Assembly: GCA_965649765.1 (NCBI GenBank)
Contig: OZ287752.1
Span: forward strand, 55,552,001-55,616,000
Origin: Bispira polyomma
Lineage: Eukaryota
Direction: 5' to 3'
DNA: 64,000 nucleotides
The stretch's first letter is position 1. Every line of letters begins with the position of its first letter. The position numbers were made by a program, and so were the translations under genes. The notes beneath the pieces are model-generated. The model ran no database searches, was not told the origin of the DNA, and worked only from the letters and a program-made list of their open reading frames with translations. Below are positions 11,550 to 24,100 of this stretch, piece after piece.

Positions 11550-13860
11550 AAATGGTTCGGGAGAGGCCCAAATTATGCGATCGTGAACAATCATTGGCAT
11601 TTCCCCACGATGTTTTAAAAAAAGGGCAGAAATTAATGCGTCACCACGGCTTGTAAGAGAAGTCGTACGACCGCCCGGATAAATTACGATCAATCATCCT
11701 GATTGGTAAAGATAAGTCGTTGGAATTACCTGACCTCCCCGAAAAGTTGTTAGCATTACGATCAATCAGGATCACATTTTTTTGTTCCCAGCCTTCCTAA
11801 TTGCTAAAGATAAGCCGTTGGAACTGTGTACCATCCAAACGATGCTTGGCCCCCTCCCCCCCCCACACACATAATTTTAAAGTCCAACCACAGGATGCCT
11901 AAGAAAAAAACACCTGTATTTAAACAAGCCCCCCACTTATGTAAATTTAAAATTAAAAGCTTACTGGGTTCCACATAAAGGGGGCCTCACTCAACAGAGT
12001 TCTACTAAGACGGTTTCAACATAAATTGGCCTGACTCAACAGAGTTCTATTTAGGGGTGTTTCCACATATTTTTAAAGAGGGAGTGAACTTTTTTCACAT
12101 TTCTAGTTTGGAGTGGTTTCAAGTATTGCATTAAAAAAGATGTTTGGGGGCCAAGTACTTCCTTGTGGTGTGTATGTTGGCCAAATTTCTACTTGCAGAA
12201 TTTATAAGTTTAAAAGTTAACAATTTATTTCTTATTTATGTGTGTGTGGCGGGGGAGTATTTTTTTTTATGTGTATGTGTGTTAAGCTATATGTGTGTTA
12301 AGCTATTTGTGGGGCAGTATGCTTCTTTTCATGATAGAATACTCCATCCCTGACGCTGTGTTTGTGCACTGGTGACTAGTGCTGTCTACGGCACTTGCAG
12401 ATGTTATAATTGATGGTTCGGTGTGTGGCACCTGGACTGTTGACTGCGGCCTGTCAGCTGAGGGCTGAATAGGTTGTGGAACTCTTAGCTGGGGTTGCTG
12501 GGGTTGCTGGTACATGTACTGCGGTTGTTGCTATTGAGGTACAAAGGTGGGTGGAGGCATCTGGTATTGCATCTTGGGTTGTGCCTGGTACTGGTGATGC
12601 TGCTGAAACTGTGACACTGCTTTTGGTGTAGTCACCCGTTCCTGGTTAGTGCTCACAAGGTTGAATGCCTCCCTTCTGAAGTAGTTGAAATGTTCATCTA
12701 GCAATTTCTTGGCCTCTAATGTCAACCAGTTGAGAAATGCCCCCGTGGGTCCCTCAGCTTTGGGCTTGATAGCATTCTTGAAGAAGCCTGAGACAGTGTC
12801 CTGCATTGTTGCCAGCAGGTCCCTCAGCTCAGTAAACAGTGCCGCCTCGAGGTTTGGGGTTGATATGGCACAGACTGAAGACTGCTTTCAAGTACTCGCA
12901 GGGGATTGCTTGGGGATGCTTGCCTGGGTGTCTTTGTATCTTGGATCTCTCTTGTTGTATAGCCATTCATGGTCCCGCAAAAAGTCCACCAGTGCCTACT
13001 CCTCTGCGACACTGACATGACCGTATGCATCTTCCCCTTTTTCTGTTTCCTAAATATGGAAGACACCTCTCCATCCCCAGCTGTATCAGCCTCATCCTCC
13101 AGCTAAGGCTGTTGGGTTCCCTCCTGCTCAATCACCGGGTTCTGTGAATGCTGAGAAAGCTGTGTCTCAGAGATGACAAGGGGTATTCAAATTGTCAGTT
13201 CTCCTCATCCTGTGCCTTCACATACTCCTCCATTCTCCTCTCCCTAGTCTTTCTCTTTGGTTTTGGTACCATATTGCTTAAAATTTTCTAACTAATATTT
13301 TATTATCAAAAAACAACAACAAAGTCCTATTCTCAATAATAATCTCAATAATAATCTCAATATTAATCTCAATAATAATCTCTCTCTGTAGAATTGCTGC
13401 AGCTGAATTAATGTAGAATGCTGTCACAGCCCTTCTCCCCAGGCGGCCTCCCAAAATATGCGCCGACCAATAAGATTTCGCGCCCTTGTTTCTTTTAACA
13501 CCCTGATCGATTGTTTCCCTCCCCGACCTATCTTTTGTTCCCCAAGTTATCTTTTCAATCGGCTGGCACCAACGATTTATTGTTTATTTGGCGTGACCTA
13601 TCTTTTCGATTGGGGCTTCTCAAACGACTAATCCTTTGTTTTACCCCAAATTATCTTTTCAATTGGGGGCAAACAAAGGATCTGACAATTGACACTATAA
13701 CTCGGGGGGGGGGGGGGGGGTGAAAGGATAACCCGTAATGGCCCCCTACCTATCTTTGTGATAGCAGATAAATCAGGATAAATTTTAAAACGGTTTAGGG
13801 GAAGATTGAAAAGATAGGTCTTTAGAAGGTAATAATAAGCCGTTGGTCGCCCAGACTGCC
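11550..13860 (-). mobile_element. Harbinger-type element remnant encoding a disrupted MADF/Myb-like DNA-binding protein
   Basis: The minus-strand frame near 13010-12925 reads EE*ALVDFLRDHEWLYNKRDPRYKDT (MADF N-terminus). It continues to a BESS-like segment (AFLNWLTLEAKKL..FRREAFNLV) and a Q/P-rich tail. Subterminal regions are repeat-rich; the right end CAGACTGCC is followed by TAA at 13861. The left boundary is uncertain. Confidence 0.6.
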
Positions 13861-14269
13861 TAACTGCTACATTATTGTCATTTTGCATCAGTGCTCTATA
13901 TGCAAGTGGACCTGTAAAAATGGTGAACAAGGAAAAACTCAGAAAACTGTGCTTTTATTTTAATAAATCAAGGAGTCGGGTGCATGGTATTAAAGAATTA
14001 TACTAATAATTACCGTAATGTATTGAATACTTTAATCTATGTGGCCTTAATAATACCCCCGTCTATTCTAAATAACGTTTTGTTTCTCTAGAAACCATAA
14101 CAACTGTGTCAAGACATTTTTATACAATATTTAGTTCCATTTATCAATTTTTACATGCATAGTTTTGACTGAAGCCCGTTCTATTAACAAAAACCTTTTG
14201 GTGATGGACAGTATATGACTTTAACATATTTTCACACATTAGTTTATTGTGTGGATCCATCTTCTCTAA

Positions 14270-17200
14270 AACATGCATTTAACAGACGCATTTAAGAGAC
14301 GCATTTAACGTTCAATGTGACCACAACAATAAATAATCGTAATGAAGAGTAAAATGCCAAATACTATTGCTGTAATGTCTCCTCTTTAACTTCTTCCAGT
14401 TGGCTGTGGTTTTATATCTGGAAAATGTTGTATTAAACCGAAGGTATTACATATATGTCTGAATGTCACTGCAGCAATTGGCCTAAATATGAACACATCT
14501 TTACATGCAAAAATATTTCTATCATAACTGTTAACTGAAATTTTTTGAACAAATGTTTCTAAGATATAAATTAACACAGACAACCAACCTGTGAATTTTA
14601 ATATTATTTTTGTTAGTTTAATGAAAATACCTAGCACATGATATGATACAAAAATGAAGATTCAGTTTTTCGAACAGATTCCTGTCTGTCCTAAGTTTGC
14701 TAAATGCAAACGCTGTCCTCAAAATGAGTGTGGCAGTATAAGAACAAGTTGTCTCTTGGAATTCAAACTAGTCCGTCCCAGTAAAATATCAACTTTCAAA
14801 TGTTAACTCTTTATAAAACTCAAATTTTTGCATATTGCACAAGGCACAATTTCACTTGCACAAGCAAAATTTACCTTACAAATGATCTTTTAACACCATT
14901 AAAATATTAATATTTTTGCTGTAGCAGTGTTTAAGTGAGACACCGGCTAATGCTGTCTGGTGTACAAACTAAATGTATATAATTGAACTGATTTTACCTT
15001 CTACAGTCAGCCATCCACTGAATGCCTGACCAACTGTGTTACCAGAAAAGGTACATGAAAAGAGACTTGTTTATGAAAGCATCCTGCTGAAGTGAACATG
15101 ATTTGTTATACAATGAGCTGTCACCACGCACATCACCATTGTGACTGTTGTTACATGAATACATGTTCAGAGAATCGTCAACATGAAACTGAAATGTTCC
15201 TTCTTTTGGGGCAAAACATTCAGCTAAACATACAACGTTTCCATCTGATTGTTCTATTTCCAGGTTTTGTAATACTGTAAAATACATATGATTACAAATT
15301 ATTAAACAATCAACTTTGCTGTGCTCTATTAAAATAGTAAAAACACATGTAACAAAGTTTATCAAGTGATATCAACTAGAAAACTGTTCGTTGACAAGGA
15401 ACAATGATGACATATATATGACACATATGTATCAAGTACATTGCTTTGTTGAAAAAGTAAAATAGTAAAACAATGCAACAGAAATATTGTGATACAGAAT
15501 TGTGTTTGTCTTCTATTTTTGTATTTATTTATTTGTGCACATAGATTAATCAAAGATACTTTTGATACTTCTTACCTATGATATTAACACCGTCATAACT
15601 GTGTTAATGGAGAAGAGCTTTTTTTAAACTACCAGTGCCTGATATGTGGCAATAACTGTAGGTCCGACGGACCGAAGCCTTACTGATAAAAGTCCTCCCT
15701 GAGCAAGGCCCCCTCCTCCCTTTATGTTTATTTATAATGTATTGGAAATAATTAAATTTAGGGGAGCGGGGGCTTTTGTCCTATGGTGGGAAGGTCTTTG
15801 ATCAAGAAGAGGAGGGGGGGGGGGGGTCTTTTGTTTTAGAGTAATCTCCAGAGATCACCTTAAGAAGATAAAACATTTCCGTAAAACCTTACCCATGTGA
15901 AAATTATTGTATACATGCAAATAAATTCTGATTGTAACCATTGTTCTCTTGTAAGTACGGACATGAGTGTGTGATTATTTTAAAATTATATTAATGTTAT
16001 AAATTTCCTACACATAACTGTCTAAGTGTCTAAGCTATATCACTTTCTTTTATTACACTAAATAGTAAATATTTAAAATGAGGTAAAAGTGTTAACCTTT
16101 TGTGACAGTAGAAAAAAATATAATAAATATATTTTAGATGTGCAATAAATTTATATAAGATAGCATTAACAATGGGTGCATGCTTGGTTATCATTTAGCC
16201 AATAAGGTTTCTTGGTTATTTCACTTTAAGTTGTGATACCCTACATGGCACATTATTCTCTTCCATCTCTCTATATTTCTGAACACTACAAAACTTATTT
16301 AGGCCTTTGCTTTTTGCAACTATCTTCCATTCCCTTTAGTATTGATGACTCAATAAAATACTTGCAATGTCAAGAGATAGACTCACATATGTCTCCCCAT
16401 TATGTATGCACCTCCAAACACCCTCATCCCTGTCTCTATCAGCATCTGATACAATAACAGTGTAGTTGTCACCAAAGCAGGTGGGTGTCTGTATATATTC
16501 TTCATTTGAAATACAATCTGCTGCTGCTGGTGTATCCTCTCGATTGTACTAAACAGTAAAACCATTCTCGATGGGTCCAGTCCTATTGCAAAGTAACATC
16601 AATGTGACAGAGTGATTTTCATCGACAATTTGTTTATAGTCACTATAGCTCTGTGTCAAACCTAAAATATATTTCATTTATAAAAGTTAACACTGTTTTG
16701 ACATAATAAAATAATATCTACACTCTCAATTGTGTTCAATTTTCTTTGGCCCTAGGCCAATTCTCAACCAAATTTCATGCAAATTGGTTCTGTTAAATTT
16801 GTGTAATCTTGGTGACAAACGATCAAACCAATGGACATGGATGAAAACAAAAACTTCTTGATGAAGAATAATTGACATTTAAAACATATACATGTTTTGT
16901 GAAGTAGAAATAATTCCATTATTGTATTTGTACATAGCTTTTGTAAAAATTCCTATATTAACCTTCTTTAACTTCCTTTAGTCTGTACGAAATTCCAAAC
17001 AAAAATATCCACATATATTCAGTAGATTTTTATCTCTGTACGTGATATACACCTTACATTCAAATTTTTACATATTGGCTTTGAATTTATTATGTGGTAC
17101 AACATAAAATTATAATATTGTCATTATTATAATTATATCAAATATTATGATAAATAATTTACTAGTCACAAAACAACAAATGTTAATGATATCCTTGATA

Positions 17201-17486
17201 ATAGAATTGAAAGAAAGTCACTTTAAATACATAGTAAACACTAATATATGCTACAACACGCCAATAAACATACGCAACAGCATTAGTACAAAATATTTAT
17301 TGAATATGACCATCTTTACGAATATCTGTTCTATGTACCAATTGATTGTTTTTTCTCTATGTTCAGTATTTCAGTCCCATACCTTTGGACTGTGTCACAA
17401 GCTGATAAAACATCTACATACACAATCGCCAAAAGTTTGCTGCCAGGCCGTAACTGGGCTAGAATATGTGACAAAGATATACTCAT
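14270..17486 (-). pseudogene. IgV-IgC2-TM receptor pseudogene
   Basis: Signal-like exon 17383-17486 (out of phase by one base). V-like exon 16362-16661 (300 bp, LLC...FTV*Y...DEGVWRC; TAG at 16549-16551 replaces the C-strand Trp). C2-like exon 14998-15274 (277 bp, +1 frameshift; VVCLAEC...SCTFSGNTVG..LTVE). TM exon from 14417 (GDITAIVFGILLFITII, with a stop and a frameshift). Confidence 0.75.
16725..16872 (-). mobile_element. HINE/Helentron-like non-autonomous repeat fragment
   Basis: CCAAATTTCATGCAAATTGG...ACAAAC...GATGAAAACAAAAACTTCTTG resembles the reverse of the HINE 5' end; related to 20235-20512. Confidence 0.4.
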
Positions 17487-18189
17487 TGTATCTTAATTAA
17501 CACTTTTGCAAATCTGCTGCCCAAATACACTTTCTTATATTGTTTAACTAAGTCAAGTTAAATTTCATATTTCTTTTCCAAAACAATAAAGCAAAAAAAA
17601 ATGAATTATTCACCGAAAAATATATTAATGGTACAAACGTGCAACTGAGAACAAGTGTATTTCACTACATAGTTTGACTCCCACTTTTTGCATGGGCATC
17701 AAATATGTTTTAAATGATGTTTGGAAATACTTCTGTTAATACCTCTGTTAAAAGTTTGCATATTTAAAAGTATGATATAATTTCTTTTTTTCGTATGTAA
17801 ATTATATGACAATTAAAAACGCCAGTGTCCGTAAGGATTTGACAATTTTGATCCTAGTTTTTGTCCTATGATTTAAACTTAAACTATATTGACTTTAATA
17901 ATAAAAACATATGAAGCTAAATGTAACACATAGGACACATCACAACATCAAGTAGCACATATCGCATCTAAAATTCTATAAATTAAGCTAACCAAATGAT
18001 AACAGGCAATTTATAATATTGAATAATTGCAAAAACTTAGAATTACAAATAACACCTTTAAAATGTTACCCTTTTTCTGACTGAGAGAATAGAAAAATTA
18101 CTATTATAACTTTGGCTCTTAGTGTATACTTGAACACAGATTTTTTTCCTTGTTGTTTTTGATATTGTGCATGTTGTGGTCACAGGAAT

Positions 18190-21100
18190 ATGCTAATAAT
18201 GAAACTTAAAGTAATAGTGCCCCTTTTGATACTGTATACTAAGGGTGCATTTACAGGTTAGTAGGTTTTGTTTATCATGATAGTACATATGAGTGGGAAC
18301 ATTCATGGTGGTTTGTTGTCAAAATGTCTTACACACATTAAAATTATTTAAAAATAAAGCATTGTAACCTGGCATATAGTATTGTTACAACATCCAAATT
18401 AGTACTGTTACATGTAAATTAGTAAACGTTTATCTAATGTAAAATATATAAAATATGTATAAAAAATCTACTTAAACTTAAAACTCACCAGACTTGCGTT
18501 TTCATTGGCGTATGTGTACTTAACTTATGTGTTTGTTAAAAAACTCACTAGATGCGTACATTATGTGATGAAACCATATAAAGAGTCTTATGTTCTATTG
18601 TCACACAATAGAAACATATTGATGTAACTACTGTGTATGATAAAAAAGCTCCCCCTTGCATATACACACACGACTACGCAAATATCGGGTGTTAATTATT
18701 AAAGCGACCAAAGCTGATGAATGTAACACATGTACTTGGTATATACCTAATGTATTAGTTAATTATATTACTCTGTGTCTGCTATATATGTCTGCCAGGT
18801 AATACACAATGTAGACATGGAGAGCTGTTACAGACAATTTGTTTCATTCCAGATAATACTATTACCTTTAGCAATGACTACATTGAGGTTGGTGAAAATT
18901 TTACTGTAACATGTGAAGTTGAATCTATACCTGTATTTACTACAATAAAACGTGCAAATAACATCTGCTATGGTGGATGTGGGGCAATTATAGCTTGTAA
19001 TGATGAAAGAGATGTTTCTGGAGACTGCAGTGGAAGTTCAATATGGGTAACTTTTAGTGCTGCTGTTATTGAAGATTTCACTGAATGGTCCTGTTACGAT
19101 GGAGACGATTTGTTAGTGTCAAAGAATCTAAAGCAGTTTGGTATGTTATATTTTATTGCAGTAATACCTTTGTCAGGTTAATATTATTAAATTGTATTAA
19201 TCCTTGTTTATAAATGAGAACAACATTACCAGGTATTCCTGGTGTAAATATAATTTCTGTTGTTATTGAATGACTTGCTCTCTGAACCATTTATTATTAG
19301 CTATGTTTTAGTATTCAGCAATAAATAGGTTATATAAATATTACAATTGTGACAATTAATTCCATTGTTAACCCTATGCATAAGGTTCCTTGTCAGATCA
19401 AAGTTAAATGGCAATCACCACTGTAATTGTTTGTCAGGTGACATATATCTGAATCTGTTGTGTGATTTTGTTGTATGGGCATTGGGAAAATAAAATGAGA
19501 TATTTGCCATCTAATGAATTAATGTCTAATCTTAGTAGATAATTCGATTTTCACTATAATACATATACAAACAAAGACATAGTAACAAGTAAGTAGTGTA
19601 TAAATTATCTTCGTATAGTAATTTATAGCATAAATACACACATATCCCTTGGTAATACATGAAATGTGTTAGTCTTGGTATATTTTATTCGACAAAGTAT
19701 TGTTTGATTGCACAGACAGCTCAATCTGATAATTACTTCTACATATATGAACCTACATAATAATCAAATTATCTATTTTAGTTGAAACTACATTAGAATA
19801 CCAACAACAACAAGAGGAAATTGTAAAAAATGAAACATATTCTTATGTGTGTAAAGCGGAGAATGGAAAACCTGAGCCTGTAATTAAATGGTATTTGAGT
19901 GGTATTCATCAAACTGACAATGTACTTGACTACAATACAACAGATGGGGAAGAAATAACCCATTTCAGCAATTTTAACTTGACATCACACACTAGCTTAC
20001 AAGGTCAGGTCCTGTACTGTGAGGCTGAACAACTGCCATATAAAGACAAAGTCAAAGCAAGAGAATTGGAACTCAATGTGTTGTGTAAGTATTTATGTTC
20101 TATGCAGGGTTTTTTTTAAAATGTAAAACTATCTGCCTTTATATGTGGTAGTATCTATTGCAAAATTATAGTAAACTGTAAGTGTATAGTGCTTTCTTGG
20201 CTTAGTGATAAACCTGTGCCATATAAATCATTTAGTAGTAGGAGGGATATGTTTTACCCCCGTTTATTTGATTATTTATTGTTTGTTTTTGTGTTGGTAG
20301 GTTACACGATAGGTTACTGAACCAAGTTGACCAAACCAATTTTGACCAAACGTGAGGGGGGGCTAAGGTATAAGTCATGAAATAACCTATTTAAAATTGG
20401 TGGCACACAGACCCCTGCCATGGCAGCACATGGACAAAAAATGAAAAAAAATTGTTGTACACTGTAGCGCCTTATGGATATATATGTACCCTACTAAGTG
20501 GCCTTCCAGTTACTGATCTATTAAGTTCAAGAAAACAATTGAATATAGAATCTTCACATAAATGTTTCTATTTTCAGTCAGTCCCGTAAAGGCAACTGGA
20601 CAACCTATTGCAGCAGGAGTTGTTAATCAGTCTGCAATATTTGAATGTACAGTTGAAGATGAAGACAAAGGAAATCCAGACTTATATAATTTCACGTGGA
20701 CAAGGAAAAATGATGAGACATTCGATAAAACTACCGCAGATGGCCAATTGAATTTCACACCAACATTTGTGAATGATGATGACACTTACTATTGTGAGCC
20801 CAGAAATAAAGTTGGAATTGGTCTGCCGGGAAGCATTACATTTACTGTTAATAGTATGTATAAAAACTTTGATACATATTATATTATATTCCATTATATA
20901 ACACTACAATCTAAAAACATTGTATAGTCAGACATGCAAATTATGTTGCCGGTGAATTAGTAATGAAACAAACAAGTAATATTATAGGTTTCACCTGGCT
21001 CAATATATATATTTACCTTTACAAAATAAAGTTTTGTCAACTGGTTTAACTGTCATCTAGGTCCTCCAATACGACGATCACCTGTCGATGGAAATTATCG

Positions 21101-24100
21101 CATATTTTACACAGATGACCTTGACATCAATTGTACTGTGGAAGGAAGACCAGATTTAAAACATATCCAATGGAACATTACACCGGATGTGGCAAATATT
21201 TTTTTGTCAAAAGAGGGCAACAAATGGTTTGAGGGCAAGCTTTATTTATCTAGTACAATTTTAAACTGGAATCCTGCGGGCCAAGAAAACAGACACCTGG
21301 GAAATGGGAAGGTGGTAATTTGCTATGCAGATAATGAAATTGGCATTCCTGTTAGCCATCCAGTGACAATGAATATTGAATGTAAGTGTTTCTATAGATG
21401 GACCAATTATACATTGTAAAATATTTATTGACAGTTTGTAATATGAATCTAAGCAACTAAGTAACTAATCCAAGCAACAATTTATTCTTCTTGTGTGATA
21501 GTTGAGACAAAAAATAATAATAATTATAGTTTCTTTCATTGTCATAGTGCACAGTCAATAATGTATTTTGAAAAAACTGAGAAAAGTATTTACAAACCAA
21601 ACAGTAAAAATATATAAACATTTATTTATGTATAAATATAGTTAATTTACATATCAATTTGAATTTAATATTCATCTCCACATAGATAAATATAATTACT
21701 ACTGTATATAATATGACATTCATTTCTCCCATCGGTCCCATCAGTACATATCTTAGAAATTTGGTCACTGTTGGTCTCCAAGAGTTTAAATTTACCAATG
21801 TTGTATGTTGTGTGAAAATACATGCATATTTTTGCCAGCAATAGATCTGCTTTACAAATAGGTATTACATAACTTGTACTAGAAATGCAACTACCAAATA
21901 ATTAAAAAATTTCTTATATGAATAAATTAAGGTATATTATGTGTATGTGGGGTAATCTTTGTATTAACCTGGCAGACTTTGTTGTTTAAGTTTTTTTGGA
22001 AAATATTTTAATGTTATTGCAAGTTTTCCAAACTTAATCATGGGTTTTTAGTTGAACCTGGGAAAGCTCAACTTGAACTGAGTATGGACAAAATCAATGT
22101 GGAAAATCAGTTAAATTTGACATGCAACCTTGACAAACCTGGTAACCCAGGTGCCCATGCTTACTATTTTGCCAATGACAAAGACTGGGAGAACAATATT
22201 ACTGCCAATGTAGAAATCATACAGATCACAGATATCAACCAAGAAGGGGTGTACAGATGTGCTGGAATAAATGAGCCATATAATAAAGGTGTCATGTGTG
22301 GGAAAACATCTGATGGACAATTCCTTACTGTTACAGGTATTATTAAAAAAAGTTCCAATTGTATTCTCCATTAAATAACTGCAGCATTCATATCTATTAC
22401 AGTGTCTCACATGTGTTATTTAACCTGGTATTTCAATAATTGACTTGTGGTTAACATATATTAGCATTTTAAATTTATGTTACCAAACAATGATAAATAC
22501 ATATATTTTTGCTGTAAAATATAGTGCCACCCAAAATCTTTGATCCAATGGAAGCCAAACTAGTGAACCCCATATATGGAGAGGATTTTTACTTGGTTTG
22601 TGTAGCTGCGGCAAAACCAAAGGTACAGATCAGTTGGTATAAGGGTGATGCAACTATTTTATCCGATGATGGATACTTTGACAAACCAGTCGAATTCACA
22701 ATAGATATCACAGATTATTTCCATGGTCTTACAGAAGGTAAACAGAGTACTATGATGTGGACTCCACCCAATACGGCTGTAACCTGTGAAAGTGTGACAA
22801 TATACGATGGTGTTTACACCTGCAAAGCTAAAACAGAGGAAGACAGTCATAATACTGTGCAATCAAAGACAATAACCTTACAAACTAGGTGTAAGTACTC
22901 ATGATGTTACATTAAGCTAATTAAGTAAGATAATCATAGATGGTATGTAACATAATGGTATATACATTCAAATACATGTAAAAGAAAAACTCTGACAAAA
23001 TTATATTTTACACAGATCCACCTATTTGGACAGGGAATACCAACTTTGTAGCTGAAATGAATTCATCTTTTACTTTCACATGTTCCATTTGTGCATCACC
23101 ACCTGTCAACAGTTATGTGTGGTACAAGGAAGGGGTTCTTAAAGAAGGGGTACCAATTTGATGAATGTTTTAGTGGCATTCACATATTTTAAAAAGTCAC
23201 AAATGTATTTGACCAATCATTGTGAAATATTAATGAAAATATATAGAGTATTTAGCGAAAGGTATAAAACGAACAAGAATAGCTTTAAAAAAAGTCAGGT
23301 CAAAGGGAGTTCTATTATAGACTAACACTTATGTGGGTATATTCCTGTTCGGAGTCATTCCGGAATTCATTAGAGACCATTTCGCGTAGCAATTTTACCT
23401 ACTTTTTAATTAGGTCAGACTTGAGAATCCCAAAAATAAAAAAGGGTTGTTGGCGTTTTCGAAATTGTATTCCATTATTTCTTTCATATTTAACATTAAC
23501 GGTGATAAAAGAAGATATATGTTGTCATGAATATTATCAATAAATCTACACCCCTAAATGGTTCATCCTAGTTTGCTTGTTAAAAATATATCTTCATACA
23601 GGAAACAGAAAAGGAACTTCATATTCAGATTACAAGCAAGACAGATTTTGGAATGTATGAATGTGAACCTACAAATGCTGTGGACTCTAAAAGATTCCCA
23701 ATCAATCTAACAAGATCAGGTATTTAAACGCCTAAGTCCAAAGTATTCATCATAGTGGCACTCACATAATTATCAGTATTATAACACTATGTTATTAATA
23801 TATGACGCTTTAATGGTGTAGCAGATACTTACTACCTCTTCACCTCTGTAGATAATGTTGCCAAGGTTGTTCTACAAAATACAAATGTCAAAGCATCTGA
23901 CACGAACACTTACAATATCCCCAATAGTGTAGTGTTAAATATATTTCTCATACGTGAATAGTTGCCATAGATGATATTTTATGTTTGTAAATAATTGTTC
24001 AAACTCAGTGCTACAGTTTATCTGATATAAGAGTTATGCACATCTGTGAAATTACACTGAAACAAGCCATATGATTGTTTGACACTACATAGTTAAGAAT

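Noticed and set aside
13511-13930. ORFs with poly-Gly/poly-Pro
   Set aside because: Artefacts of a G homopolymer (13704-13720) in a transposon subterminal region.
14998-15274. Pseudogene status due only to a homopolymer sequencing error
   Set aside because: The +1 T could be an error, but independent stops in the V and TM exons still break the gene in this haplotype.
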